From: an uncultured Planctomycetales bacterium | GTDB lineage: Bacteria > Planctomycetota > MHYJ01 > JACPRB01 | NCBI GenBank assembly: GCA_964526305.1 | Contig: CAZGKV010000005.1 | Coordinates: 41,546 to 105,545 of the forward strand | DNA: 64,000 bases | Direction of reading: 5' to 3' | In this document: piece after piece, positions 18,094 to 29,341 of the stretch | Layout: each line of letters opens with the position of its first letter | How positions within the stretch are numbered: the first letter of the stretch is position 1 | The notes under the pieces: generated by a model | What the model was told of the DNA's origin: nothing | Database searches by the model: none | Seen by the model: only the letters and a program-made list of their open reading frames with translations | Made by a program: the position numbers and the translations under genes

Positions 18094-21000
18094 GTGTTCT
18101 TGGCCTTCGCGCGATGGTTCCTGCGGCTCCTGGGTCGGCTTGACCTCGTCTGGCTTGAGCTTTCGGGGGACGAGTCTCATGCGTGGGTGATCGCGAGAAC
18201 GGAAACCGGGCCGCTCCTCCCGGAGGGCCTCGCGCGAATTCGAGCCTCGCATCCCGCCTGTCCGTTCCTTCGCGGGCTGAAGGAGCATGAGGGAAACGGC
18301 CGCTACCGACTTGCCGGAGATCAAGTCTGGGCGTTCCTGGATGCGGTCGCCGGCACTCGAATGGCCCGGCTCGAAGCGGTCGCTCGCGTCCCCTGGAAAA
18401 AAGTCGCGTTCCGACCGCTCGAAGTCGAAGCGGCGATCGATTCGGCGGTGCCTTCCCTCGCGGTCCGCTACTCCGGTCAAGCCCGATGGGCGCGCGGGCG
18501 ATGGATGCGACTCGGGGACGAATGGTGGGACGCGAGGCTGACCGACGAGCACGCGGAGCTGGTTCTCAAAGGGAGCGTGACGTACGGCCCTGAGAGACTC
18601 CGTCACGTCCTGGCCGATTTCGCCCCTCTCTGGAACGTCCGGGGCACGATCTGGAAGTACGATCCGAATCGGTCGCTGACCCGCGCCTCCGCCGAGCCCG
18701 CCGAGGACGGTTCGATCGCGGTTCGCTGCGAGTACCTCGTCCGGCGCGAAGAGATTCGGCCGCTCCCCGGCGATGCGGGATGGGCCCTCGTGGGGGATTC
18801 GGTCGTACCTCTCCCCAAACTCACGCCGCTCTTGGATCGCGCGCTTCGCGAGGGACCCGTTCGACTGGATGCGGACGCGGCCGCCGCTTTCCTCGAGGGC
18901 GAGGGTGCGGCGCTCCTTCCGGGGGCCCGCGTTCTCACGAAGTGCCTCCCCGTCTTGACGGCGAGGATGGACGGGCAGGATCTCCTTCTCGAGATCGCGT
19001 TCGTCTGGGGAGAATCTTCCGTCGCTTCCGAGGGCGATCTCGCGGGGCGCCGGACCGTGCGGCGCGGGATGAACTGGTGTCGACTCGAGCCGGCGGCGCT
19101 CGAGGAGGCACGGTCCGCCCTTACCGCCGCGCTCCGGCGTGCCTTCGTGGACGCGCGAGTCGAGGGGACTCGGCTCCGCCTGCGAGAGGACGACGTCCCG
19201 GAGTTCCTCGCGCACGGGACCGGATGGCTTCCTTCGTGGAAGGTTCTCGTTCCCAAGGCGGCCCCCGCGGTAGTTCGGCCGCCGACCCGTCCGCAGTTCC
19301 GCGTAATTCCGATCCGGGAAGACGGGCTGGGAGGGATAGGACTCGAAGTCTCGTTCGATCTTGGCGGAGAAACGTTTTCCCTGGCGGAGTTGGCGATCGC
19401 GCGAAGAGAGGGAAGTCGGTGGGCGCGGAGGAACGACCGTTGGATCGAATTCGATCGCGGGATGGTGGCGCGGATTCTCGAACTGGCGCCACCCCGAGCG
19501 CCGATGGACCGCCCCCTCCCGGTAGACGCCCACACCCTTCGCACGCGAGTCGAAGGATGGAGGAGGATCGGCGCGGTCACCGTGGATCCCGAGGTTCTCC
19601 GCTTGCGAGCGGTGATGGACGCCGGCCGGCCGCCGCTCGCGTGGCCTCCGGCGCTCGCCGCCTCCTCGACCGGCGCCATGCGGATCCACGCCTGGATGGA
19701 GGCGTGTTCGGCTCTCGGGGTGAATCCGACGATGTATGCTCCTACGGATCGCGATACGTTCGCCGCGATGACGGGATTCCTCCTGGCGCGGAAGGAGCGT
19801 GGGGGACGGGGGCCCGTTCTCGTCGTCGCGGGAAACAAGCGACTTTCGGCCTGGACGTCGGGGCTCTCGACCCTTCTTCCGCTCCGGAGCCTCGTCCTGC
19901 GACGGAAGGCTCCGTCGCAGGAGGAAATCGCGGCGGCGGACGCCGTGTTGGTGGCGCCGAACTCCCTCGACACGGCGGTGTATCGCGCCGTCGAAACGCA
20001 TTGGGCCGCCGTCCTCTTCGATCAGATCGATCGGACGTTCGCCACCGACGAGTCCAAACCGTACCGAGCGGCCTCCCGGATTCGGGCGAGATTGCGCGTG
20101 GGTCTCGTGTCGGATCGCAAGGCCTTGGCGAAGGAGCCGAAGATGCGGGCCTTGCGCGGGCTGGTCTATCCCGGGATCGAGGACGAATCGCCGGCCATCT
20201 TCTCGCACGATCCGGAGCAAGGAGCGCATCTGATTCCCGTCTCTTCCCTCGCGACACCGGCGAGCCGGCCGGGGTCGGCGGCGCCCGGACCTGCGTATCT
20301 CGCTTGGCGCGATCAGTGGCGTCGCGGCGTGCCGACCCTCGCCCGGCCCGACTGGCTCCGCCGTCATGCCGGCGAGATCCTGAACCTCGAGGAGGATTCG
20401 GATTCGAAACGCGCCATCGGCAAGCTCCAGGCCCTGTGGCGCGCGTACCGCGCGACCCACGCGCGCATCGATGAGTTCATGATCGATTGGATCGCCGATC
20501 TCTACTATCTCCATGTGGGAGCCGAAGCGGGGTTGGCCTGGCAGTGGAAGCATGTCGATCTCGCGCCGAGTTTCCCCGAGATCGATCTCTTCGTGGAGTT
20601 CCAGCAGGGGCGCGCTCCTCTGGCGGCGTGGAGGAGATTGGCGGGGGTCCGTCCCGCCGGGAAGTTCTACGAGGAGCACCGAGAACTCGTGGATGCCGCC
20701 TGCGCCCGAGCCGTCGAATCCGCAGGGCTTCGACCGCCCGAGGGAAGTCGTCGCGTTCGACGAACGCTCTTCCAGGGAGCCGCGGTCCGAGCGGACTTCG
20801 CCCGGGAGATCGTTCTGGGACGCGCGCACCGGTGGAGTACGCTGGCGCCCGAAATCGCGGCGATCTTGAAACGCGCGGAATCGGAGCTTCGGTCCAAACC
20901 GGAAGCTCCCGTGCCGCCGCCCGTCCGGCTGGAACTCGACTTCGGTCGTGTCGAGAAGCTGAAGCAGGAGAGCGACGCGGTGCGGGAGATCCTCGCCGCG

Positions 21001-21630
21001 CCCGAGGACGAGCCCGTCGTCGAGGAGGAAGAGACGATCGGACCGGTGCGCACCGCCGACGGTCGCGTGCTCTACGCCAGTCTCGCCGCCACGCGCGCCG
21101 TGTGGAGGGACCTGGACTTCATTTCGCGTCAGGTGGTGACGGACGTCTACCGCGGTTCGGTGCGCAACGTGAGGGAACTCGAGATCCAGCTCCGGCCCAC
21201 CGGACGGATGCCTCTGGCGACGCTCGAAGAGATCAACGAGCGCGCGACCGAGCGTGTGGGAGATGCGCTCCTGGTGCTGGAAGGAGAGACCCTCGCGGCC
21301 AACGAGGAGTTCCACGACGAGCTCGAAGTCCTCATCGACGGCCGCGTCGTTTCGGCGGAGGAGTCGGACCCCTACCGCGCGCTGGTGGGTCGATTGACCG
21401 AGGCCGAGAAGACTCTGGTCGACGCCTTATGCCGGGAAGGATCTCTTCCCTCCTCGCGCGCGGACGGACTCTTGCGACCGATGGGGGCGATGGCGTCCCT
21501 GACGGCCGAATCGATCAACGAGAAGGCTCTCGAGACGGTGGGGGATATCGTACTCGCCGCGGACGGAGAGGCCTTCGCGGTCGAGGAGGACGATCTCGAG
21601 CCGTTGCGGAAGGCTACTTCCACTCGTTGA
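18094..21630 (+). CDS. TerB_N/TerB_C-domain protein fused to degenerate SNF2-like N-terminal region (Shango SngA-like)
   Basis: C-terminus LELDFGRVEKLKQESDAVREIL..EEINERATERVGDALL and ESINEKALETVGDIVL (two TerB_C-like units), central TerB_N-like segment, SNF2-like remnants lacking GKT/DEAx. Confidence 0.7.
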   Translation: MFLAFARWFLRLLGRLDLVWLELSGDESHAWVIARTETGPLLPEGLARIRASHPACPFLRGLKEHEGNGRYRLAGDQVWAFLDAVAGTRMARLEAVARVPWKKVAFRPLEVEAAIDSAVPSLAVRYSGQARWARGRWMRLGDEWWDARLTDEHAELVLKGSVTYGPERLRHVLADFAPLWNVRGTIWKYDPNRSLTRASAEPAEDGSIAVRCEYLVRREEIRPLPGDAGWALVGDSVVPLPKLTPLLDRALREGPVRLDADAAAAFLEGEGAALLPGARVLTKCLPVLTARMDGQDLLLEIAFVWGESSVASEGDLAGRRTVRRGMNWCRLEPAALEEARSALTAALRRAFVDARVEGTRLRLREDDVPEFLAHGTGWLPSWKVLVPKAAPAVVRPPTRPQFRVIPIREDGLGGIGLEVSFDLGGETFSLAELAIARREGSRWARRNDRWIEFDRGMVARILELAPPRAPMDRPLPVDAHTLRTRVEGWRRIGAVTVDPEVLRLRAVMDAGRPPLAWPPALAASSTGAMRIHAWMEACSALGVNPTMYAPTDRDTFAAMTGFLLARKERGGRGPVLVVAGNKRLSAWTSGLSTLLPLRSLVLRRKAPSQEEIAAADAVLVAPNSLDTAVYRAVETHWAAVLFDQIDRTFATDESKPYRAASRIRARLRVGLVSDRKALAKEPKMRALRGLVYPGIEDESPAIFSHDPEQGAHLIPVSSLATPASRPGSAAPGPAYLAWRDQWRRGVPTLARPDWLRRHAGEILNLEEDSDSKRAIGKLQALWRAYRATHARIDEFMIDWIADLYYLHVGAEAGLAWQWKHVDLAPSFPEIDLFVEFQQGRAPLAAWRRLAGVRPAGKFYEEHRELVDAACARAVESAGLRPPEGSRRVRRTLFQGAAVRADFAREIVLGRAHRWSTLAPEIAAILKRAESELRSKPEAPVPPPVRLELDFGRVEKLKQESDAVREILAAPEDEPVVEEEETIGPVRTADGRVLYASLAATRAVWRDLDFISRQVVTDVYRGSVRNVRELEIQLRPTGRMPLATLEEINERATERVGDALLVLEGETLAANEEFHDELEVLIDGRVVSAEESDPYRALVGRLTEAEKTLVDALCREGSLPSSRADGLLRPMGAMASLTAESINEKALETVGDIVLAADGEAFAVEEDDLEPLRKATSTR

Positions 21631-24600
21631 GGGAAAGCGCCTCGACCTCGTCTCGAGGTCCGAGCCCGTGTCCGGTGCGATGCCGGACCTCGGCCAAGAG
21701 GGCCCGGGGCTCGATCCTGTCGCCGAGAAAACCGATGTCCCAAAGCAGGAAGTTCTCGCGTCCTCTCGCCAGGAGTCGCGTTCCGCCCGCCCGAAAAGCC
21801 ACGCCGGCGATGTCCTCGCCCTGCCGGAGACTTCCCTCGACGGGTTCGCCCGTCTCGCACTCCCAGAAGCGGACGAACGGGTCGTCTCCGGTCGTGGCCA
21901 ACCATCGTCCGTCGGGGCTGAATTCGATTTCCATGCGAGAGCTACCGTGGCGGATCGTGCGACCCACGAGTCGGCCGGTTTCGGCGTCCCACATCCGGAC
22001 GAATCCGCTCGGAGTGCGGCCGGCCAGTCTGCGGCCGTCGGGGCTGAAACGCCAAACGCGGGGTTCCTCGTCCTTCGCGATGGCGTCGCCGATGGGCTCG
22101 CCGGTCTCCGCATTCCAAAGTCGAGCGGACCAATCCTTGCCCTCGCACAGAAGTCTTCGGCCGTCCGGACTGAACCAGACGAAATTCACCGGGATCGAAT
22201 GCTCCAGAATCTTGCCGGGGGGAGAGAGCGCCGGAGCGTCCCACAAACGGACGCTTCGATCCTCGCAGGCAGCGGCGATTCGGGTGCCGTCGGGACTCAC
22301 GGACCACTGGAGGATCTTGGCGGGGAGTTTGAGCGGAGTACCCCGTGGGCGTCCCTGAAGATCGAAGGCCGATAGGGTATCCCCCGAAGCCTCGAGGAAG
22401 AGGCGGCCGCCGTGGATGGCTCGCCAGTCTCCGAACTCCCCCGCTTGAGGGTTCGTCTTCACGCGGAGGCCCGACGCCAGGTCCCATAGAGATTCCACGC
22501 CCTCCGGAAGTCGGTGGGAGATTCGTCGTACGGCGAGCGTCACGAGGTGGGAGCCGTCGCCCGCGAAGCGAACCGAGGTGACGCCGCGGTCGTGTCCCAG
22601 TTCCGCCGAGAGAGCCTCCCCGGTCTCGACGCTCCAGACGCGTGCCGTCCGCCCGGTTCCGATGGCGAGTCGCTTTCCGTCCGGGCTGAAGGCGACGTCT
22701 CTGACTTCGTCGTCCAGAGGGAAGAGGCGGAGTCGAGAACCGTCGGAGGCGCGCCACAAGGCCGCGGACTTGTCCCAGCTTCCGGTGACGATGAGCGATT
22801 CGTCCGGACTGACGGCGATCTTGTCGATGTACGCCTCGTGTCGGAGGGGAGAACCGACGACCTCCCCGGTGGAAGCGTCGCGGAGTTCGAGGGTGGTGTT
22901 GTCGGTCTGCGCGACCAACCGCGTGCCGCGGAGAGCCGTCTCCCAACAGCCTTGTCCCCGAAAGGCGGAGCGCGGCGCGGGTTTTTCCACCGTCCAGACT
23001 CGGACCGGACCGCCGATTCCCCAGACGAAGAGGAGATCGGAGTCCGAACCGAATTCGATGCGGCCGACCGGCGAGTCCAGTCGCAGCGCCGATCCGAGCG
23101 CCTCGCCCGTGGTCCCGTCCCAGAGTCGAACCCGGCGATCCTGACTTCCCGTCGCGATAAGGCCTCCATCCGGGCTGATCGCGACGGCCGAGACTTCATA
23201 CCGGTGGCGCATCGCTGCGCCGATGGGCTTCCCTTGCCCCAAGTTCCACAGGCGCGCGGTTCCGTCCTTCGCGCCGGTGACGATCTTGGCGTCTCGAAGA
23301 GCCAGGCTGGTCAAGGGGGCGTCGGTGAGGAGAGGCTCCCCGACGGGCTTGCCGGTCGCCGCGTCCCATTTCCGGATCGATCCTCCCTTCCCCGCCCCGA
23401 GAAGCGTGGAGCCGTCGGAGGTGAACGCCACGGCGCACAGGTCGCTGTCGTTCACCTGTCCGCCGATCGAGCGATGCGACGCGAGATCCCAGAGTTCGAG
23501 ATAGCCGCTGGAATTGACCAGGGCTATGCGACGACTGTCCGGAGCAAACGCGACCAGGATCGGCCGGCTGATGAGATCGAGGTCCGGTTCCTCGCGCGCA
23601 CCGGTCTCCGCATCGCACATGCGCGCCGAGTAGGTCGGCATGCGGCGATCCAGCAGGAGATCGCCCGAGGAGGAGATCACGACGGCTTTCTTCCCGTCCG
23701 GAGTGAAGGCTGCCATGGCGGGATCGAGGCCGGGATGCCAAAGAGACAAGGTGGAAATTTTCTTGCCCGATTCCGTGTCCCAGAGTACGGCCCCCTCCCG
23801 TTCTACGGCGACGAGTCGTTTTCCGTCCTCTCGCAACGCCAGCGACTTGAGTCCCTTCGCGCGAACTTCGACGGAAAGTTTGGTCCCGGTTCGCGCGTCC
23901 CAGAGGGAGACCGAACCGTCGTCGCCGGCGATCGCCACTCTGCTCGACGCTCGCGCAATGGAGAGGAAGGGCGGGGTGCCGTGAGGTCCGAGGATGGCAC
24001 GCAGGGACGCCGTCGATCGGAGCATCATCGCGGCGCCCGCGCGGTAGCGTGGCAACGGGTCCGCCGCGAAGGCCTCGGCGAAATGCACCGCCGCGGCGGT
24101 GGCGTCGCCGCCCTCCGCCTCCTGATGGCCCATCAGGGCGAGGCTGTAGGCAAGCTTCTGTTTTGCGCGGCGTTCGCCCGATTCCGCCAACCGGCGCTGC
24201 TCCTCCGTCCGATCCCGTTCGGCGGTGACGTCTCGGACCCGTTGCTCCGCCTCGCGTTGCGCCCGGAGGGCCTCTCGCCGGGCGCGGAGGAGCTGACTGG
24301 TCCCGAACGCCGAACCGCCGAGGATCGCGAGGACCATCGCGGTCGTCGCGGCCCACAAGAGCGGCTGCTTTCGGATTTTCTTCGCGACGACGTAGGTCCA
24401 CGTCGGGCGCCGAGCGTACCGGAGAGGGTCATGTCGCCGGAACGCGGCGATGTCTTCCGCGAGCTGGTCCACGCTCGCATACCGCCTGCCCGGATCCTTC
24501 TCGATCGCCCTGAGGATGATGGCTTCGAGGTCGGGAGCGAGCCCCGGCGCGAGTCTTCGGGGCCACAGGGGCTCGGACGACAGCACTTGGGCGAGGATGT

Positions 24601-25411
24601 CCGCGGAAGTCTCTCCGACGAACGGAGGTCGCCCCGTCGTCATCTCGTAGAGGATCGCGCCGATCGAATAGACGTCGCTGGGCTTGTCCGCCCTCCCTCG
24701 CGCCTGCTCCGGCGCCATGTAGTTCGGCGTCCCCACCACGGCGTTGGTTTCCGTGAGTCCTGGGACGCTCGTTTCCTTGGCGAGCCCGAAGTCCATCACG
24801 TATACCTGCCCGTGCCGATCGATCATGACGTTCGACGGCTTGAGGTCGCGGTGGATGATTCCCTTGGAGTGCGCGTAGGACACCGCCTCGGCGATCTTCG
24901 CGACGGTCTCGAGCCGGTCGTGCTTCGGAGCGAGGGTCACGCCGTCCACGAGGTGCATCGCGATGAAGGGCGCGCCTTCGTGCTCTCCCACCTCGTAGAT
25001 TCTCGCGATGTTGGGATGGTCGAGGGAAGCCGCGAGCTGCGCCTCGCGGCGGAAGAAGGCCCGCGCCCGGTCGTCGCCGATCGATTTCAGGAACTTGAGC
25101 GCGACCCACCGGCGGAGGTCGGGATCCCATCCGCGATAGACGAGTCCCATGCCGCCGGACCCGATCTTGTCGACGCGCCAGAAGCGGCCGACCTTCGCGG
25201 CGGGGTCCTTCATCGCCTCGAGCGCTTCGGGCGGCACTCGAGTCTCGAGCGAGCGGATTTGCTCCGGGGTGAGAGGGAGATGCGCGAGGAGTCGCGTGCC
25301 GTGCGAGCGATCGTAGGATCGGATCGCGGACTCGACCTGTTCCCGCCGGATCCATCCGCGCTCGACGGCGAGCCGAGCGAGGTCGAAGTCGGCGTCGGAC
25401 GTGTCGGCCAT
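21614..25411 (-). CDS. Ser/Thr protein kinase with TM segment and WD40 repeats
   Basis: [23 protein letters not shown], then many AFSPDG/VRLWD repeats. Confidence 0.92.
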   Translation of the reverse strand: MADTSDADFDLARLAVERGWIRREQVESAIRSYDRSHGTRLLAHLPLTPEQIRSLETRVPPEALEAMKDPAAKVGRFWRVDKIGSGGMGLVYRGWDPDLRRWVALKFLKSIGDDRARAFFRREAQLAASLDHPNIARIYEVGEHEGAPFIAMHLVDGVTLAPKHDRLETVAKIAEAVSYAHSKGIIHRDLKPSNVMIDRHGQVYVMDFGLAKETSVPGLTETNAVVGTPNYMAPEQARGRADKPSDVYSIGAILYEMTTGRPPFVGETSADILAQVLSSEPLWPRRLAPGLAPDLEAIILRAIEKDPGRRYASVDQLAEDIAAFRRHDPLRYARRPTWTYVVAKKIRKQPLLWAATTAMVLAILGGSAFGTSQLLRARREALRAQREAEQRVRDVTAERDRTEEQRRLAESGERRAKQKLAYSLALMGHQEAEGGDATAAAVHFAEAFAADPLPRYRAGAAMMLRSTASLRAILGPHGTPPFLSIARASSRVAIAGDDGSVSLWDARTGTKLSVEVRAKGLKSLALREDGKRLVAVEREGAVLWDTESGKKISTLSLWHPGLDPAMAAFTPDGKKAVVISSSGDLLLDRRMPTYSARMCDAETGAREEPDLDLISRPILVAFAPDSRRIALVNSSGYLELWDLASHRSIGGQVNDSDLCAVAFTSDGSTLLGAGKGGSIRKWDAATGKPVGEPLLTDAPLTSLALRDAKIVTGAKDGTARLWNLGQGKPIGAAMRHRYEVSAVAISPDGGLIATGSQDRRVRLWDGTTGEALGSALRLDSPVGRIEFGSDSDLLFVWGIGGPVRVWTVEKPAPRSAFRGQGCWETALRGTRLVAQTDNTTLELRDASTGEVVGSPLRHEAYIDKIAVSPDESLIVTGSWDKSAALWRASDGSRLRLFPLDDEVRDVAFSPDGKRLAIGTGRTARVWSVETGEALSAELGHDRGVTSVRFAGDGSHLVTLAVRRISHRLPEGVESLWDLASGLRVKTNPQAGEFGDWRAIHGGRLFLEASGDTLSAFDLQGRPRGTPLKLPAKILQWSVSPDGTRIAAACEDRSVRLWDAPALSPPGKILEHSIPVNFVWFSPDGRRLLCEGKDWSARLWNAETGEPIGDAIAKDEEPRVWRFSPDGRRLAGRTPSGFVRMWDAETGRLVGRTIRHGSSRMEIEFSPDGRWLATTGDDPFVRFWECETGEPVEGSLRQGEDIAGVAFRAGGTRLLARGRENFLLWDIGFLGDRIEPRALLAEVRHRTGHGLGPRDEVEALSLNEWK

Positions 25412-25414
25412 CCT

Positions 25415-25987
25415 CTACGATCCCAGTCCCTGCTCCGCGAGCATCGTGTCGAGCGTGGCGGACACCTCGAACTTTCCCGTCGCTTCCGCAATCCTCCGTG
25501 CCCAATCGCGGAGATAGGCCATATCGAGCTTGGTCCCTTGGCGGATGATGATGTCTTCGATATGGCCCAAGTCCTTGCGGCGATAGGCGGCGAGTTTGTA
25601 GAGGATGAGATCCTCGGCGGAGACGATGGGAACGGCGCGTTCGTACATCCGGATTCTGACGGAGCGCGCGAAGGCGCTCTCGTCGAACGGCGTAGTTCCC
25701 AACGCGAAATCAGCATCCCGTCCGCCCAGGGAGGCCACGAACCAGGTATCGATGAAGAACAGAGTCTCGGCTCTGGAGTTAACGTGAAACCCGTCCTGTC
25801 GCAGGACCCCGATGAGCCGACCCACCTCCTCTTCTCGGACCCGGAGGAGGAGATCGACGTCCTTCGTCGGGACAACCTGCCCCCAGGCGGGGAGGGCGAG
25901 CCCGCCGTAGACTACATAGGAAACTTTTTCCCGCTCGACAAGGTCGATCACGCGACGGAAGAGCTCGGCGAGCGCGATCTGGGTCAC
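25415..25987 (-). CDS. Nucleotidyltransferase-family protein (putative toxin/MNT-like)
   Basis: YGGLALPAWG...TKDVDL (G-G/DxD signature), DLILYKLAAYRRKDLGHI. Confidence 0.75.
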   Translation of the reverse strand: MTQIALAELFRRVIDLVEREKVSYVVYGGLALPAWGQVVPTKDVDLLLRVREEEVGRLIGVLRQDGFHVNSRAETLFFIDTWFVASLGGRDADFALGTTPFDESAFARSVRIRMYERAVPIVSAEDLILYKLAAYRRKDLGHIEDIIIRQGTKLDMAYLRDWARRIAEATGKFEVSATLDTMLAEQGLGS

Positions 25988-26187
25988 GACCGCTTCCAGA
26001 ACTTGGCGAGTCCGGGGGAAGGATCATGCCGCACGGGGACCTCGGGGAACCCACGATGGACCTCCTCGCAGAGCGCCTCGAATTCTCGGATGGACTCCTC
26101 CAGAGTGAGGCGACGAAGGCGCTCGCGATTTGCTGCGGCGTTCGCGGCCGCTAGGCGCTCCAGACTGCGGACCCATTTCTCGTCCAT
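25984..26187 (-). CDS. Small helical protein coupled to the nucleotidyltransferase (antitoxin-like)
   Basis: 67-aa ORF MDEKWVRSLERL... with GTGA overlap into the NTase start. Confidence 0.6.
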   Translation of the reverse strand: MDEKWVRSLERLAAANAAANRERLRRLTLEESIREFEALCEEVHRGFPEVPVRHDPSPGLAKFWKRS

Positions 26188-26223
26188 GGCGGCTATCATG
26201 ATACTTCCAGGGCGTTGGGGAAG

Positions 26224-28977
26224 CTACCGGCAGAGCTCTGCCAGCCTACGCTCCACGGAGGACCGCTCGCCCCATTCTCGGGGAGCGGAATCGAGGCAGA
26301 ATCGAAAATCCGCTGCGGCCGATTCGAGAAGGACGGGGGCCGCGGCCGGATCCATTTTGGAGAGATCGATGGAGAGGTTCGCTCGATCGAGTCTGGTCTC
26401 GAGAATCCGGGGGGCCAGCGCGATGGCCTGTCCATAGTTCTCCAGGGCCTGTCGCCAGGCGACCCGGGTCTGCTCGGGGTAGCCGTCTCGCGCAAGAAGG
26501 CTTCCGAACATTCGAAGGGTGTGGGCGCGGCCGATCCACGACAGTCGGTATCTCGGGTTGATGCGGATGGCCACCTCGTGGTCGCGCACCGCCGACGTCC
26601 ATTCTTCTGCGGACTCCTTGCGCCGTCCCGATGAGCCCAGACGGTCGGCCTTCGCGCGTCGGGCCCGGCCGCGCTGATTGTATCCGTCGGGATCTTGGGG
26701 ACGGAGGTGAACGACTCGATCCAGGTCGCGGATCGCCCCGTCGAAATCGCCGAGGGCAAGTCGAGCCTCCGCGCGCCACCGCCACGAGTCCGGAGCGTCG
26801 CTTTGGAGAGCGATGGCATGGGCGAAATCGCCCAGGGCGCCGAGCGCATCGCCGAGCGAGAGTCGAGCTTGCCCGCGGGTGAGACGGACCCCGGCTCCCA
26901 GAGGGCGGAATCGTTCCGTGGTGTCGATCAGGGAGAGCGCGTCCGCATGTCGGCCTTCGTATTGGAGAAGGGCCGCGCGGTTGCTCCAACTCTCGATGCG
27001 CGAGGGGTCGAGGGAGGAGGCCCGGGCGAAGTCGATCGCCGCCGCCGCCGCGGCCCCGTGCGAATAGAAGAGGGTCCCTCGATTGGTCCACGCCTCCGCG
27101 CGCCGAGGATCGAGCTCGATGGCACGGGAATAGTCACGGAAGGCTCCGGCCGCATCTCCATGCGCCTGCCGAACCGAGCCTCTATTCAAGTGAGCCCACA
27201 CATGACGAGGGTCATGATGGATGGCGTGCGACAGATGGCGGAGCGCCTGTTCGAAGTCGTAAAAGGCGCTTCCCTGGAGTCCGGTGACGTGTCCCCGAAG
27301 GAAATACAGTTCCGCTTGACGGGATCCCTCTCGCTCCGCTCGATCGCAAAGGCTCAAGACTCGCGCGAAGTTGCCTCGGATCCGCGCGACCTGCGCCTGG
27401 CCGAGGAGGGCGAAGGCGTGCAAGGAGTTGGACTCCTCCACCGCCTCGAACTCGCGCAGCGCGTCCGAGGGACGATGAAGGACCTCCAGAAGAATGCGGC
27501 CGCGAAGGTACCGGGCTTCGCCGAGCTTGCGGTCGAGACGAAGCGCCGCTTCATAGGCCGACAGGGCTTCTTCATATTCGCGGCGATTCTCGTGCAATCT
27601 GGCCTTGCGAAGCCAGGCATCCGAAGAGCCGGGATGGCGCCGGAGCCCTTCGTCCAGGAGTTCCAGAGCCTGCGCCCAATCGTTGGGCCGGTCCCGGAGC
27701 AATGCGAGTTTCGTTCGGATGGGACCGAAGACGGCCTCTTCCGCGGCCGTCGATTCTAGTCGGGTTCGATGAGCCGCAAGCTTGGACTCGCAGAGTTGGT
27801 ACAGGCGAGGATCGATGGAAATGCGCACGGCCGCGCGGTCCAGGAGCGTCTTGGCCTCCTCGTAGCGTCCCTCTTCTGCCCGGCGACGAGCTTCCGCCTC
27901 CCACGCCCGCGCTTCGCGGCGCTGGATCCCGTCATGAATGAGGAGAGCGCCCGAGGCGGCCAGGGCGGCAAGCGCGGCTCCCGCGAGGACTCCCCACCTG
28001 CGGACTACCGCTCGGCCGAGGCGCCGGACCGTCGAGGGCGGACTCGCCTGGATCGGTTCGCCGTCCAACCAGCGCGTCAGGTCTCCGGCCAGCGCGGCGG
28101 CGCCGGCGTATCGACTCGCGGGCCACTTCTCGAGACACTTCAGGATGATCGTTTCGAGATGGGCGTCCAGTCCGGGATTCCGTTTCCGAGGAGCGGGGGG
28201 CTCTTCCTGGACGATGCTGCGGAGCACCTCGAAGGCGTTCTCGGATCGGAAGGGAGGGCCTCCGCACAGGAGGTCGTAGAGGGTGGCTCCGAGGGCGTAG
28301 ACGTCGCTCCGAGGTCCGATGGCTCGAACCTGGCCGGTGGCTTGCTCCGGAGGCATGTACGAGGGAGTTCCGGCGACCAATCCCGTTCCCGTGACCGCAG
28401 GATCGAGAAGGGTGTGCTTCGCAAGCCCGAAGTCCATCACGAACACTCGAGGCCGGCCGTCCCGTTCCTCGACCATGATATTGTCCGGTTTGAGGTCGCG
28501 GTGAATCACGCCTTGTTCGTGAGCGTAGTGAACCGCCGACGCGGCTTCGCGTACCAGCGCGACGATCCGTCGAACGTCTCCCTTCGGGTGCCTCGCGAGC
28601 GTCTTCCCCTGGATGAGCTGCATCGCGATGAAGTGGCGGTCGTCGGTCTCTCCGACCTCGTACACCGCGGCGATGGCCGGATGGTTGAGGCGCGCCGCGG
28701 TCCGCGCCTCCCGGAGGAACCGCGCGAGCATGGCCGGGTCCTCGTTCCGCAGGAACTTGAGCGCCACCCATCGCCCTAGCGGCGTGTCCCACGCGCGCCA
28801 CACCTCTCCCATTCCCCCGCACCCGATCTTCGAGACCCGCACATATCCCCCGATCCGATTCGCGGGGATCTGCATCGCTTCGAGGACTTCCGATGGAACC
28901 GGCGGGGGGGAAGGCCGGGTGACCTCCCGTCCCAGGCGGAGCGCTTGTTCCGTGTTGGGTTGGAGTGCATCTTCCAT
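26224..28977 (-). CDS. Ser/Thr protein kinase with TM segment and TPR repeats
   Basis: GCGGMGEVW, HRDLKPDN, DFG, then multiple A..NRG TPR units. Confidence 0.92.
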   Translation of the reverse strand: MEDALQPNTEQALRLGREVTRPSPPPVPSEVLEAMQIPANRIGGYVRVSKIGCGGMGEVWRAWDTPLGRWVALKFLRNEDPAMLARFLREARTAARLNHPAIAAVYEVGETDDRHFIAMQLIQGKTLARHPKGDVRRIVALVREAASAVHYAHEQGVIHRDLKPDNIMVEERDGRPRVFVMDFGLAKHTLLDPAVTGTGLVAGTPSYMPPEQATGQVRAIGPRSDVYALGATLYDLLCGGPPFRSENAFEVLRSIVQEEPPAPRKRNPGLDAHLETIILKCLEKWPASRYAGAAALAGDLTRWLDGEPIQASPPSTVRRLGRAVVRRWGVLAGAALAALAASGALLIHDGIQRREARAWEAEARRRAEEGRYEEAKTLLDRAAVRISIDPRLYQLCESKLAAHRTRLESTAAEEAVFGPIRTKLALLRDRPNDWAQALELLDEGLRRHPGSSDAWLRKARLHENRREYEEALSAYEAALRLDRKLGEARYLRGRILLEVLHRPSDALREFEAVEESNSLHAFALLGQAQVARIRGNFARVLSLCDRAEREGSRQAELYFLRGHVTGLQGSAFYDFEQALRHLSHAIHHDPRHVWAHLNRGSVRQAHGDAAGAFRDYSRAIELDPRRAEAWTNRGTLFYSHGAAAAAAIDFARASSLDPSRIESWSNRAALLQYEGRHADALSLIDTTERFRPLGAGVRLTRGQARLSLGDALGALGDFAHAIALQSDAPDSWRWRAEARLALGDFDGAIRDLDRVVHLRPQDPDGYNQRGRARRAKADRLGSSGRRKESAEEWTSAVRDHEVAIRINPRYRLSWIGRAHTLRMFGSLLARDGYPEQTRVAWRQALENYGQAIALAPRILETRLDRANLSIDLSKMDPAAAPVLLESAAADFRFCLDSAPREWGERSSVERRLAELCR

Positions 28978-29033
28978 GCACTACCAGTATATACTCGCCG
29001 CGGGAGAATACTGCGGGTTCCTGCCGATAGAAC

Positions 29034-29240
29034 ATGAAGAAACCAGGAAGGGACGGAACGGAGCAAGGGCCTGGAGCGCGATGATCTGACGGGCAGAATC
29101 GTGGTCGAGCTCAGGACCGTGAAGGCACTCCACTTCGCCATCGGACGCCGGCATGGGCTTTGCCAAGCCGACGCTGGAGGGGAAGAGGGTTCTTGCCTCC
29201 GAGTGGCCGACACCGTGACGGCCGTTCCTGGTTTCCTCAT
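29034..29240 (+). pseudogene. Internally deleted GxxExxY-family gene remnant bounded by 16-bp inverted repeats
   Basis: ERDDLTGRIVVELRTVKAL and, in another frame, FAKPTLEGKRV resemble the start, VELK motif and end of GxxExxY proteins. ATGAAGAAACCAGGAA (29034-29049) versus TTCCTGGTTTCCTCAT (29225-29240) is 15/16 inverted. Confidence 0.55.
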
Positions 29241-29341
29241 AAGACCAGAGGTTGTTCCCCGTGCGTGGTATACCGCGAGGGTCGGCGAGGCCGGGTCGGA
29301 ATCCTGTTCCGCCCCGGCACGGTTTGGATTAGACTTCTCGC

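Noticed and set aside
18019-26437. Very long opposite-strand ORFs (18019-21315, 22514-26437; likewise 40876-43917, 7756-9411, 36637-38967)
   Set aside because: Shadow frames of high-GC genes: Arg/Pro/Gly-rich, no motifs, and fully overlapping well-supported genes.
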